Source: Mobula hypostoma (taxonomy: Eukaryota). Taken from it: a stretch of DNA of 64,000 nt. Each line of letters starts with the position of its first letter. Position 1 is the first letter of the stretch. Positions 22,995 to 34,159 of the stretch are shown here, piece by piece. The position numbers and the translations under genes were made by a program. Below the pieces are notes generated by a model, which made no database searches, had not been told where the DNA came from, and saw nothing but the letters and a program-made list of their open reading frames with translations. The stretch spans positions 46,068,001 to 46,132,000 of the forward strand of contig NC_086097.1 of assembly GCF_963921235.1 (NCBI RefSeq), read 5' to 3'.

Positions 22995-25900
22995 CAGAGT
23001 CATAGTAAAATACAGAACAGAAACTAGACCTTCAGCCCATCTAGTCCATGCCAAAGCAATTAAACTACCTACTCCCATCAACTTGCTCTGGGGCCATAGC
23101 CCTCCAAAACCCTACCATCCATGTACCTATCCAAACTTCTCTTAAGCATTGAAATCAAGCTTAATCTTCTATGTTCCAAAGAATAAAGTCCTAACCTATT
23201 CAATCTTTTCTTATAACTCAGATCCTCCAGTCCTGGCAACATTCTTGTAAATTTTCTCTATACCCTTTCAACTTGGTTTATATTTTTCTGTAGGTAGGTG
23301 ACTGAAACTGCGTACAATGCTCCAAATTAGGCCTCACCAATGTCTTCTACAACTTCAATATAACATCCCACCTCCTGTACTCAGTAACTTGATTTACGAA
23401 GGCCAATGTGCAAAATCTTTTTTACGACACTGTTTACCTGTGATGCCACTTTCAATAAATTACGTTTCTGTATTCCCAGATCACTTTGTTCTTACACATT
23501 TTTCAATGTCCACTGTGCAAGACCTACCTGGTTGGTCCTACCAAAGTGCAACACCTCGCACTTGTCTGCATTAAATTCTATCTGCCATTTTTCCAGCTGG
23601 TCCAGATCCCATTGCAAGCTCTGATAGTCTTCCTCCTTGTCCATTACACTCCCAATCTTGGTGTCATCTGCAAATTTGCTGATTCAGTTAACCACATTAT
23701 TTCCAAATCATTATTGACAAACAACGATGGACCCAGCACCTATGGCACACCACTAGTCACAGGCATCCAGTCAGAGAGGCAACTATCTACTACCACTTTC
23801 TGGCTTCTACCACAAAGCCAATGTTTAATCCAATTTACTACCTCATCCTGAAAGCTGAACACTGAACCCATGTGGGACCTTGTCAACTGCCTTGCTGAAG
23901 TCGATGTAGACCGTATTCACTGTCTTGCCTTTATCCACTTTCCTGGTAGCTTCCTTGGAAAAACTTTAAGTCTGGTTAAACATGACCTACCATGCACGAA
24001 GCCATGCTGACTATCTCTAATTAGTCCATACCTATCCATATACCTATATATCTGGTCCCTTAGAGTACATTCCAATAACTTTCCCACCACTGATGTCAGG
24101 CTTACCAGCCTATCATTTCCTGTTTTTTTTTTAAGAGCCTTTCTGGAACAGTGGAACAACATTAGCGATTCTCCAAACCTCTGGTACCTAAGGATGATTT
24201 AAATATTTCTGCTAGGGCCCCTGCAATTTCTGCACTTGCCCCTCCCCCCCCAAAGTATCTGAGGGAACACCTCATCAAACCCTGGGTATTTATCCACTCG
24301 AATTTTCCCCAAGACAGTGAACACCTCCCCCTCTGTAATCTGTACAGGGTTCATGAACTCATTGCTGCTTTGCCCCACTCTATAGATTCTATGTCTGATT
24401 CCTGAGTAAATACAGACGCAAACAATTCATTTAAGATCTCCCTCATTTCATTTAGCTCCACACGTAGATTACCATTCTGGTCTTCCAAAGTACAAATTTT
24501 GTCCCTTGCAATGTTTTTGCTCTTAACATATCTGTAGAATTCCTTAGGGTTCTCCTTCACCTTGTCTGCTAGGGCAACGTCACATGTTCTTTTGGCTCTT
24601 TTGATTTCTTAAGTGTTCTCTTTCATTTCTTAAACTCCATAAGTACTTCATTTGTTCCTACCTGCCTATAGCTGCTATGCACCTCCTTTTTTCCTGAACC
24701 AGGGCCTCAACATTTCTTGAACTGAAGGTTTCCTAAACCTCTTATCTTTACCTTTTATTCTGAGAGGCACATACAAACTCTGCACTCTCAAAGTTTCACT
24801 TCCGAAGGCCTCCCACTTACCAAGTACACCTTTGCCAGAATACAGTCTATCTTAATCCACATGCCAGATTCTTTCTGATACCATCATAATTGGCCTTTCC
24901 TTCAATTTATCAATTTAGAATCTCAACCCACAGACCAGACCTACCTTTTTGCATTTTTACTTTGAAACTAATGGCGTTATGGTCACTAGATGAAAACTTT
25001 TCACCTCTGCAAACTTCTGTCACCTTCCTTGTCTCATTCCCTAATGAACCACTCCCACAGAACAATGACTGAAACTGTGAGCACACACAAGCATACACAA
25101 GCACTCAAATACTTGCACTAACAGAACTTTGTGCATTACTGTGATATTCTGGTGCTGCTGCAACTTATTTTCTGCTACTTATCTATTTAATACTGTTCTT
25201 CTATTACTGTCTTATTTTTATCTACCGCTTTATTTAATTGCCTGAGAGGAAGCCAGAGTTTCATTGTACCTACGTAGAATGACAATAAAGATCATTCCAT
25301 TCCATTCATAGCAGATCAAGCAAGATGCACTCTCTCATTGGGGTTTCTACGCACTAATCAAGGGAACTTTCCTGAATACATTTGACAAACCCTATCTCAT
25401 CTAGACCTTTTACAGTGTGGGAGTCCCATTCAATGTGTGGAAATTTAAAATCACCTACTAAAAACGACCTTAAGTTTCTAGCAACAGTCTGCGATCTCTC
25501 TACACATTTGTTCCTCTAGATCTCGTGGACTGTTGGGCGGTCTGTAATATAGCCCTACTAACATGGTCATACCTTTCTTATTCGTCAGTTCCACCCATAA
25601 CTCTTCACTAGACGAGTTCTTCAGTCTGTTCTGACTGAGCACTGCTGTGACAATTTCCCTGACAGGTAATGCCATCCCTCCTGCTCTGTCGCATTTAAAA
25701 CAATGGAACCCCAGAATGTTGAGCTGCCAGTCCTACCCCTCCTGCAACCAAGTCTCACTAATGGCTACAATATCAGAATTTCTGGTGTTGAACCATGTCT
25801 TTCCTATACTTCTTGCATTGAAATATGCACAGTTCAGAGCATTAGTTGACCATGTTCAACCTTTTGATTCTTGACTTTGTCCGAGGTCTTAACAATATTT

Positions 25901-27270
25901 GTCTCTGCCAACTCTCCACTATCAGTTCTGGCACTCTGGCTCCCATCTTCCTGAAACCACCACCCCACCCACCTGGGCCACACTAGCAAACTTTCCCATG
26001 AGGATATTAGTCCCCTTCTGGTTCAGGTGCAAACTGTCTCTTCTGTAGAGGCCCCACCTTCCCTGGAAGAGAGCCCAATGATCCAAAAATCTGATCCCCT
26101 CCCTCCTACACCGACTCCATAGCCACATGTTAAACTGTATAATCTTCCTGGTTCTGGCCTCTCGAGCACATGGCATGGCTGGCAATCCTGAGATCACAAC
26201 CCTGGATGTCCTATCCTTCAACATATCACCTAACTACCTGAACTCACTTTGCAGAACATTGTCACTCTTCCTACCCATGTCATTGGTACCCACATAGACC
26301 ACAGCCTCTGTGTGCTCACCCTCCCACTTAGAAATGCTGAGGACTCGATCCAGCATGTCCCAGACCCTAGCATCCAGGAGGCAACATATCATCCGGGAAT
26401 CTCACTCTCGTCCACAGAGCCACCTTTCTTTCCCCCTGACTAACAAATCCCCTATCACCACTGCTCGCCTCTTCTCGCTCCTTCCCCACTGAGTCACAGA
26501 GGCAGACTCAGTGCCAGATACCCGACCACTGTGGCTTTACTCTGCTAGATCATCCCCCCTCAATGGTATTCAAAGTGGTTACACCTGTTGTTGAGGGGGA
26601 TGGCCACAGGAGTTCTCTGCACTGGCTCCTTCACTCAGGACACAGGAGACTGGGTGACAGTCAGGAAGGGGACAGGTCACCCAGTCTCCTGTGTCCTACA
26701 TCTTGGGTGTAACCACTTCCCTATCTGTCCTACTCATCATTCCCTCAGCTTTCTGAATGATCTGGAGTTTATCCACCTCCAGCTCCAACTCCTTAGCGCG
26801 GAGTGTCAGAAGCTGCAGCTGGTTGCACTTCTTGCAGTTGTAGTCGTCAGGGACACTGGAGGGCTCTCTGCCTTCCCACATCTCGCTGGAGGAGCATTTA
26901 GCTATCCTACCTGGCCCCTCTACTGTTCTAGCTGAGCAAATATAAAGAAAAAAAAACAATAAATAAACCATGGGGGAAAAATCTACCTACAACTTTTTGC
27001 TTTCTCTGACTGAAGCCTCACCTTCCTGAAGCCTTAAATAGCTAAAGCCTCAAGATCCCCACTCTAACACTGTCCACTCTGACAATAGCCACTCTGCTTG
27101 CCCCTGCCTTTTTAAATTTGTTCTTGCCCATCAATCCCGATCACTGATTGACCGCTGCTGAACACCAGACTGCCACGAGTTGCTGCCTTATGTACTCAAT
27201 CGGCCAACCTGAGTGAGCTACCCCTTGCCACACTCAGATCTCTGATTGGCCGCTACTCAAAACACTGGAA
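22995..27270 (-). mobile_element. Near full-length decayed CR1 LINE (5' UTR, ORF1 zinc finger and esterase, ORF2 EN-RT, 3' end)
   Basis: 26696..26971 DDYNCKKCNQL (ORF1 Cys motif); 25922..26224 SRVVISGL...FLDHWALF...RRDSLHLN (SGNH esterase); 25478..25675 GLYYRPPNS (EN); 24351..24560 and 23917..24162 RT remnants. Confidence 0.88.
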
Positions 27271-27601
27271 TTGTGAGGCAACAACACTATCTGCAGCGTT
27301 GTTTCACAATCTACTCTACTGTAGTCTCCTTAAGTTCGTGCTGACCAACCACGATTAATCTGTGCCTTTCAAAATGCTGGTTTGTACTGTCCGAATGAAT
27401 TGATTCCAATAATTTAAGCTAATTTACCTGTAATGACTTTATTTCGTCCTTCCTTCATATTTTAAGCAACTAAATAGGACTATACGCACAAACTGCTGTC
27501 TGATGAATGGAGGAAAACTGCAGTCTGATAAAGGGTCTTGGCCTTTTATTCCTGTCCATAGAAGATGCCTGACTTGTTGAGTTCCTCCAGCGTTTTGTGT
27601 G

Positions 27602-28702
27602 GGTGGAGAATTGGTTAGCAGACAGGAAGCAAAGAGTGGGAATAAACGGGACCTTTTCAGAATGGCAGGCGGTGACTAGTGGGGTACCGCAAGGCTCAGT
27701 GCTGGGACCCCAGTTGTTTACAATATATATTAATGACTTGGATGAGGGAATTAAATGCAGCATCTCCAAGTTTGCGGATGACACGAAGCTGGGTGGCAGT
27801 GTTAGCAGTGAGGAGGATGCTAAGAGGATGCAGGGTGACTTGGATAGGTTGGGTGAGTGGGCAAACTCGTGGCAGATGCAATTTAATGTGGATAAATGTG
27901 AAGTTATCCACTTTGGTGGCAAAAATAGGAAAACAGATTATTATCTGAATGGTGGCCGATTAGGAAAAGGGGAGGTGCAACGAGACCTGGGTGTCATTAT
28001 ACACCAGTCATTGAAAGTGGGCATGCAGGTACAGCAGGCGGTGAAAAAGGCGAACGGTATGCTGGCATTTATAGCGAGAGGATTCGAGTACAGGAGCAGG
28101 GAGGTACTACTGCAGTTGTACAAGGCCTTGGTGAGACCACACCTGGAGTATTGTGTGCAGTTTTGGTCCCCTAATCTGAGGAAAGACATCTTTGCCATAG
28201 AGGGAGTACAAAGAAGGTTCACCAGATTGATTCCTGGGATGGCAGGACTTTCATATGAAGAAAGACTGGATGAACTGGGCTTGTACTCGTTGGAATTTAG
28301 AAGATTGAGGGGGGATCTGATTGAAACGTATAAGATCCTAAAGGGATTGGACAGGCTAGATGCGGGAAGATTGTTCCCGATGTTGGGGAGGTCCAGAACG
28401 AGGGGTCACAGTTTGAGGATAGAGGGGAAGCCTTTTAGGACCGAGATTAGGAAAAACTTCTTCACACAGAGAGTGGTGAATCTGTGGAATTCTCTGCCAC
28501 AGCAAACTGTTGAGGCCAGTTCATTAGCTAAGTTTAAAAGGAAGTTAGATATGGCCCTTGTGGCTACAGGGGTCAGGGGGTATGGAGGGAAGGCTGGGTT
28601 CTGAGTTGGATGATCAGCCATGATCATAATAAATGGCGGTGCAGGCTCGAAGGGCCGAATGGCCTACTCCTGCACCTATTTTCTATGTTTCTATGTTTCT
28701 AT
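27602..28702 (+). mobile_element. Young 5'-truncated CR1 LINE inserted into a Penelope-like fragment (27521-28757), in AMN intron 1
   Basis: Uninterrupted 335-aa ORF 27597..28604 (GVPQGSVLGP, FADDTK), a (TTTCTATG)n tail, and TSD GTTTTGTGTG at 27592-27601 and 28703-28712. Confidence 0.95.
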
Positions 28703-30711
28703 GTTTTGTGTGTGTGGTACTCTAGATTTCCAGCATCTGCAAAATCTCCTGTGTTTATGAAAACAGCATTACTACTCCTCCAGTCATCAGGCACCAGTTT
28801 TTTTTTACCAAGAGTAACTGATATCCAGTCTTCTATCTTCTATTTCCAGTTATCCTTTTCTGTTTTATTTTAATCTATGCTCTGTTCCTGAATTTAGATG
28901 CAGTAACAATAAAGTGCTGACACTATATTCCAAGTCAGTAAGCTACCAGTGCCACTGTTCCCATGTACCTGAAGTTGTGGTCTTGGTGGTAGAGATGATG
29001 GCTTTCTTTTCCCCTCCATAGATGCTGCCTAACTAGCTGAATTCTGCCAGCATTTTATGTGTGTTGTTTTTTTTAGAGTAGTGAACGGTTTGCCATTTAA
29101 ATGGGCTGTGTTGCCCGGGATTGTATCAAGCTTATTAAATGTTATTGGCGCCGCACTAGTCCGGGCAAGTAGAGCGCATTCCGATCTGTCCTAACTTGAG
29201 CCTTGTTAGATGGTGGCAAGAATTTAAGGTATAAGGGGAAGAGTCACTTTGTCACAGGATAGCCAGCTTCCAAGGTGCTCCTGTAGCCACAATATTGAAG
29301 TGACTAGTGCAGCTGAGTTTCTGGTTAGTGGTAACTTCCATTGATCAGTTGATAGTGATAGGCTTGGCATGTGTAATGCCATTAAATGTCAAGAGTAGGT
29401 GGTTAGATTCAGAACAGTACCTCTTTCTCTTATATAAAAAAAACTGCTCATATTAAAAAAAACATGTTTTGTTCTCTGTAGAAGTAGTACCTTACAGAAC
29501 TGGAATCTGTATGTTGGTTTATGTATTTAGAACTAGTTAAAATTCAACGATTGAAGTAAATCACTGTTGACTGTAAATACCCAGTAATCTGTTCTTGTTA
29601 GTCACCAAATTAACTATACAACAGCTGCTGGCAAGCGACTTTTTAATTTCTAAAAGATCAAAGTTATGTCAAAAGTAAATGGTAACTGCAAAACTTCATT
29701 AACTTCTAGAAGAGCATCAATTCCTTCAAATTATTTAAAACTTCTCTGCTTGCAAAGTCCTGAGTTTTGTTTTCTGCAGAAGCAGAAGTTTATAGAACTT
29801 GTTCTTTAGATAAAACCCACCATAGCTAAACAACTGTCTCCCAGATTATTTGCCATTAGAAGAAAAGTGATCTAACATCCTCTGAATACAGCCTTCATTT
29901 CTGCTTCCTCTGCTGTTTCCAGTAGAGGAGTTGGGCAGGGGTGGAGATGGCAGATGTTGTTTTCTGCATTTCAACACCAGGTCCATTGGACTAAGCACAA
30001 GGAAAGCACCTGGAAATTCATGGTCATCAGGTGAAGTGGAAGTTTAATTTGAGTGTTCTTGGGATAACCCATGATGTAGGATAAGGGAACATGTGCATAA
30101 CTTAGTTACAAAGCCAATTTCGGAAACTACCTTGGGAACCAGATCCTCAAGAAAAGAAGTAATGCTTGACATGGTCTTCAAAATTCTACAATTGACAAAA
30201 TACGTTTTGTTATACATGGATGAATTCAATGGGTTTGATTGGGATACATTGTCTTGTATGTTAACAGTGTTAAATTTTACTAATGCAGTAACCATAAACA
30301 GCACCTGCTCAGATTTTACGTGGTGCCATTGTCATCCCGTAATGAAATAGGCCCGTTGGCCCAGTGAGCTTGCATGAACCACCAAGCACTGTATTCTTCC
30401 CACGTGACCATCAGCTCCTCTCAGATTCCATCCCTTACCTACATAACAGGGGCAATTTACAGTGGTCAGTTAACCCAACAATTTGCATGATTTAGGGAGG
30501 TAGGGGAAGCTGAAGCATCTGAAGGAAATTCGGGCAGCTACAGGGTGAGTGTGCAGTCTCCATTGACATGGTGCCAAAGGTCAGGGGTTGACCCTGGATT
30601 GCGAGAGCTGTGAACCAGCACCTTTACTAGCTATGCCTCTGCTCAACTGGGTTAGTAAATCTTAGTGTCTGCGGCTTCTTTTCCAAATATCTCCTATTGT
30701 TCCCATGAAAG

Positions 30712-30830
30712 ATGTTTCAGGTGCCTTCTACAAGCAATGGATTCCTGACACCAATTTCAACAATGCCTCAAACTGGGACAAAGGGAAAATACCTTGTAAA
30801 AATGACAGAATCCTATTTGCTAGTGATAAG
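30712..30830 (+). CDS. AMN: Amnionless exon 2 (119 nt)
   Basis: AG at 30710-11 (alternative AG at 30719-20) and GTATGT donor. VSGAFYKQWIPDTNFNNASNWDKGKIPCKNDRILFASDK matches human [33 protein letters not shown]. Confidence 0.92.
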
Positions 30831-30920
30831 GTATGTAAGAATATAATTGTATTACCTTTATTTTTATTTTATATTCAGAGATTATCAAACAAACTTGTGC
30901 TGTGCTCTTTTATTTTGCAG

Positions 30921-30965
30921 CAGTTGTCAGTACTGGTACAAGCCCCCGTTGATTTGATGGAAATG
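30921..30965 (+). CDS. AMN: Amnionless exon 3 (45 nt)
   Basis: TTTTATTTTGCAG acceptor and GTAAGA donor. QLSVLVQAPVDLMEM matches human MVSVLVQEGHAVSDM. Confidence 0.9.
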
Positions 30966-33553
30966 GTAAGAACAGTTCTGTGTCCTGTCAGAGAGTTTGT
31001 AAAGCGACAAGTTGAATTTAAAAGTGACTCAACGATAGTACTTCACTGCTGTACTGTGTTATCTAGAATAAGTTATTTTAACTCTGTGTTGAGTCAGTGT
31101 ATTTGTACAGATGACTGGATAAAGAGAGTGTGTGGGATCATCTAGTTTCTGTCAAAGTTAACATGACGATTGTGAAAAATGGTACTCTCAAGATTATTCC
31201 ATCAGTATTTCAATCAATGAACTTTCACAACCTGAAACAGCAAAAAGCGAACAGATGGCTTTATAAAGTATGTGGTTCACAAAGAAAGAGAATGGATTAC
31301 CTTGTCTAAGAATTATTTCCCAATGGAGGAGTCATATTTGTTTAGTTTTTCATTTTTTTTGTGGCTCAGGTTTAGTCGCTGACAGTTCAGAGTGAATTGG
31401 TTTGTTCACTGAAAAAAAAGTGCAGACTCGATGAGCCAAATGGTCTCCTTCTATATCGTAAGGAAAAATAAATGTAAGACTATAAGATATAGGAACAAAA
31501 TTATACCATTTGGCCCATTGGGTTTGCTCTGCCATTTCATTGTGGCTGATCCAATTTTCCTCACAGCCCCATTCTCCTTCTGCCTTCCTGAATCCCTTCA
31601 AGTCCCGACCAATCAAGAATCTATCAGCCTCTGCCTTAAATATACATACAGATGGCTGTGGCAAAGAATTCCACAGTTCTACCAATCTCTGGCTCAACAA
31701 ATTCCTCCTCATCTCCATTCTATGGGCGCCCCTCTATTCTGAGGCTGTCCTCTGGCCTTGGACTCTCCCACCAGACGAAACGTCCTCTCCACATCCGCTC
31801 TATTGAGGCCTTTCACCATTTGATAGGTTTCAATGAGGTCACCCCTCATTTGCCTGAATTCCAGTAAATACAGGCCCGGAGCCATTGAACACTCTTCAAA
31901 TGACAAGTTGTTCAAACCTGGAATCAATTTTGTGAAACTCCTTTGAACCATCACCAGTTTGCGCACATCCTTTCTAAGATAAGGGGCCCAAAGCTGCTCA
32001 TAATACTCCAAGTGAGGCCTCAACATTACATTCTTGCTTTTATATTCTAGTCCTCTTGAAATGAATGCTAACATTGCATTTGCCTTCTCACCACAGACTC
32101 ATCCTGCAAATTAACCTTTAGGGAATCCAGCACAAGGACTCACAAGTCCCTTTGCGCCTCAGTTTTTTGTATTTTCTCTCCATTTAGAAAATAGTCAAGC
32201 CTTTCATTTCTTCCACCAAAGTGCATGACCATACACTTCCCAACAGTGTATTCAATCTGCCGTTTCTTTGCCCATTCTCCTAATTCATATAAGTGCTTCG
32301 GTAGCCTCTCTACTTCCTCAAAACTACCTGCCCCTCCACCTATCTTCTAATAATCTGCAAATATTGCAACAAAGCTATCAATCATCCAAATCATTAATAT
32401 ATAACGTAAAAAGAGTCAGTCCCACCACAGACCCCTGTGGAACACCACTAGTCACCGGCAATCAGCCAGGAAAGACTCCCTTTATTCCCACTCTTTGCCT
32501 CCTGCCAGTTAGCCACTGCTTTATCCATGCGAGAATCTTTCCTGTAATACTGTGGGTTTGTAGCTTGTTAAGCAGCCTCATGTGTGGCACCTTGTCAAAG
32601 GCCTTCTGAAAATCCAAGTATATAACATCAACTGATTCTCCTTTTTCTATCCTGCTTGTTATTTCTTCAAAGAATTCTCACAGATTTGTCAGGCAAGATT
32701 TTGCCTTAAGGAAACCATGCTGACTACGGCCTATTTTATCATGTGCCTCCAAGTACCCCGAAACCATATCCTTAACAATTGACTCCAACATCTTCCAACC
32801 ACTGAGGTCAGACTAACTTGCCTATAATTTCCATTCTTCTGCATCTCTCCATTCTTGAAGAGTGAAGTGACATTTGCAATTTTCCTCTCTTCTGGAACCA
32901 GTATTTCTTGAAAGATCATTACTAATGCCTTCAGGATCTCTTCAGCCATCTTTTTCAGAACTGTGGGGTATACAGAATCTGGTCTAGGTGACTTATCTAC
33001 CTTCAGACCTTTCAGTTTCCCAAGAACCTTTACTCTAGTTATGGTAACCACATGGACATCATGACCCCTGACACCTGGAACATCCACCATACTGCTCGTG
33101 TCTCCCACAGTGAAGACTGATGCAAAATACTTATTGAGTTCATCCCTTATTCCCTTGTCCCCCATTACTACCTCTCCAGCAGCATTTTCCAGTGGTCTGA
33201 TAGCTGTTCACACCTCTCTTTTACACTTTATATATCAGAAGAAACTTTTGGTATCCTCTTTAATATTGTTGGCTAGTTTACTTTTGTATTCCGTCTTTAA
33301 ATTCTTACTAACTTTTTAGTTACCTTCTGTTGGTATTTGAAAGCTTCCCAATCCTCTAATTTCCCATTAATTTTTGGTCTAGTATGTGTCCTCTCTTTGG
33401 CATTTATGTTGGCTTTGACTTCTCTTGTTAGCCACAGTTGTGTCATCTTGCCTTAGAACAGGGGTCCCCAACCTTTTTTGCACGGTGGATCAGTTTAATA
33501 TTGACAATATTCTTGCGGACCGGCCGACCGGTGAGGGGGGGGGGCTGTTCAAG

Positions 33554-34159
33554 TAGGGTTACACTCACCTCAACATGTCTTTTACAGTTAGGGTTGCCAA
33601 CTTTCTCACTCCCAAATAAGGGACAAAAGTAGTAGTCAAATATGGGACACATGTGTTTACCCCGAGAAAGACTACCATGACCGTGAAGCCGTACGCAGGC
33701 ACCTGTGTGCACATGCGTGATGTGCACATGCGTGATGTGCGCATGCGTGATGTGCGCATGCGTGATGTGCGCATGCGTGATGTGCCGATTTTTTCACCAC
33801 AGATTGGTTTTGTCTTAATCTTCCCGACTACACTTTACATACATTATTTCTACTTTATATAGGCTGTGTATTTATCATATCATTCCTGCTTTTACTGTAT
33901 GTTAGTTTTATTTAGGTCTTATGTGTTATTTGGTATGTTTTGGTAGGTTATGTTTGGGTCTGGGAACGCTCAAAAATTTTTCCCATATAAAGTAATGGTA
34001 ATTGCTTCTTCGCTTTATGCCATTTCGGCATGAAAGGTTTCATAGGAACGCTCTACCTTAGTGGGGGAAATACGAGACAATGGCAGTCCCGTATGGGACA
34101 GACAAATTTAGCCCAATATATGGGATGTCCCGGCAAATACGGGACAGTTGGCAACCCTA
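33554..34159. mobile_element. Nested second hAT-type element (Blackjack-like TIRs)
   Basis: TAGGGTTGCCAACT (33589) / AGTTGGCAACCCTA (34146-59) with subterminal GGGACA repeats. Candidate TSD TGTTCAAG (33546-53) / TGGTCAAG (34160-67). Confidence 0.7.
33706..33785. repeat. 15-bp minisatellite (TGTGCRCATGCGTGA) x5.3
   Basis: Units start at 33706, 33721, 33736, 33751 and 33766. Confidence 0.95.

Noticed and set aside
30966..31145. ORF 30705..31145 continuing past exon 3 as a 146-aa protein
   Set aside because: AMN similarity stops at the GTAAGA donor at 30966; the remainder is intron read-through.
33565..33862. Repetitive ORFs (MRTSR)n and (MRDVR)n
   Set aside because: These are translations of the 15-bp minisatellite inside a MITE, with no sign of a gene.
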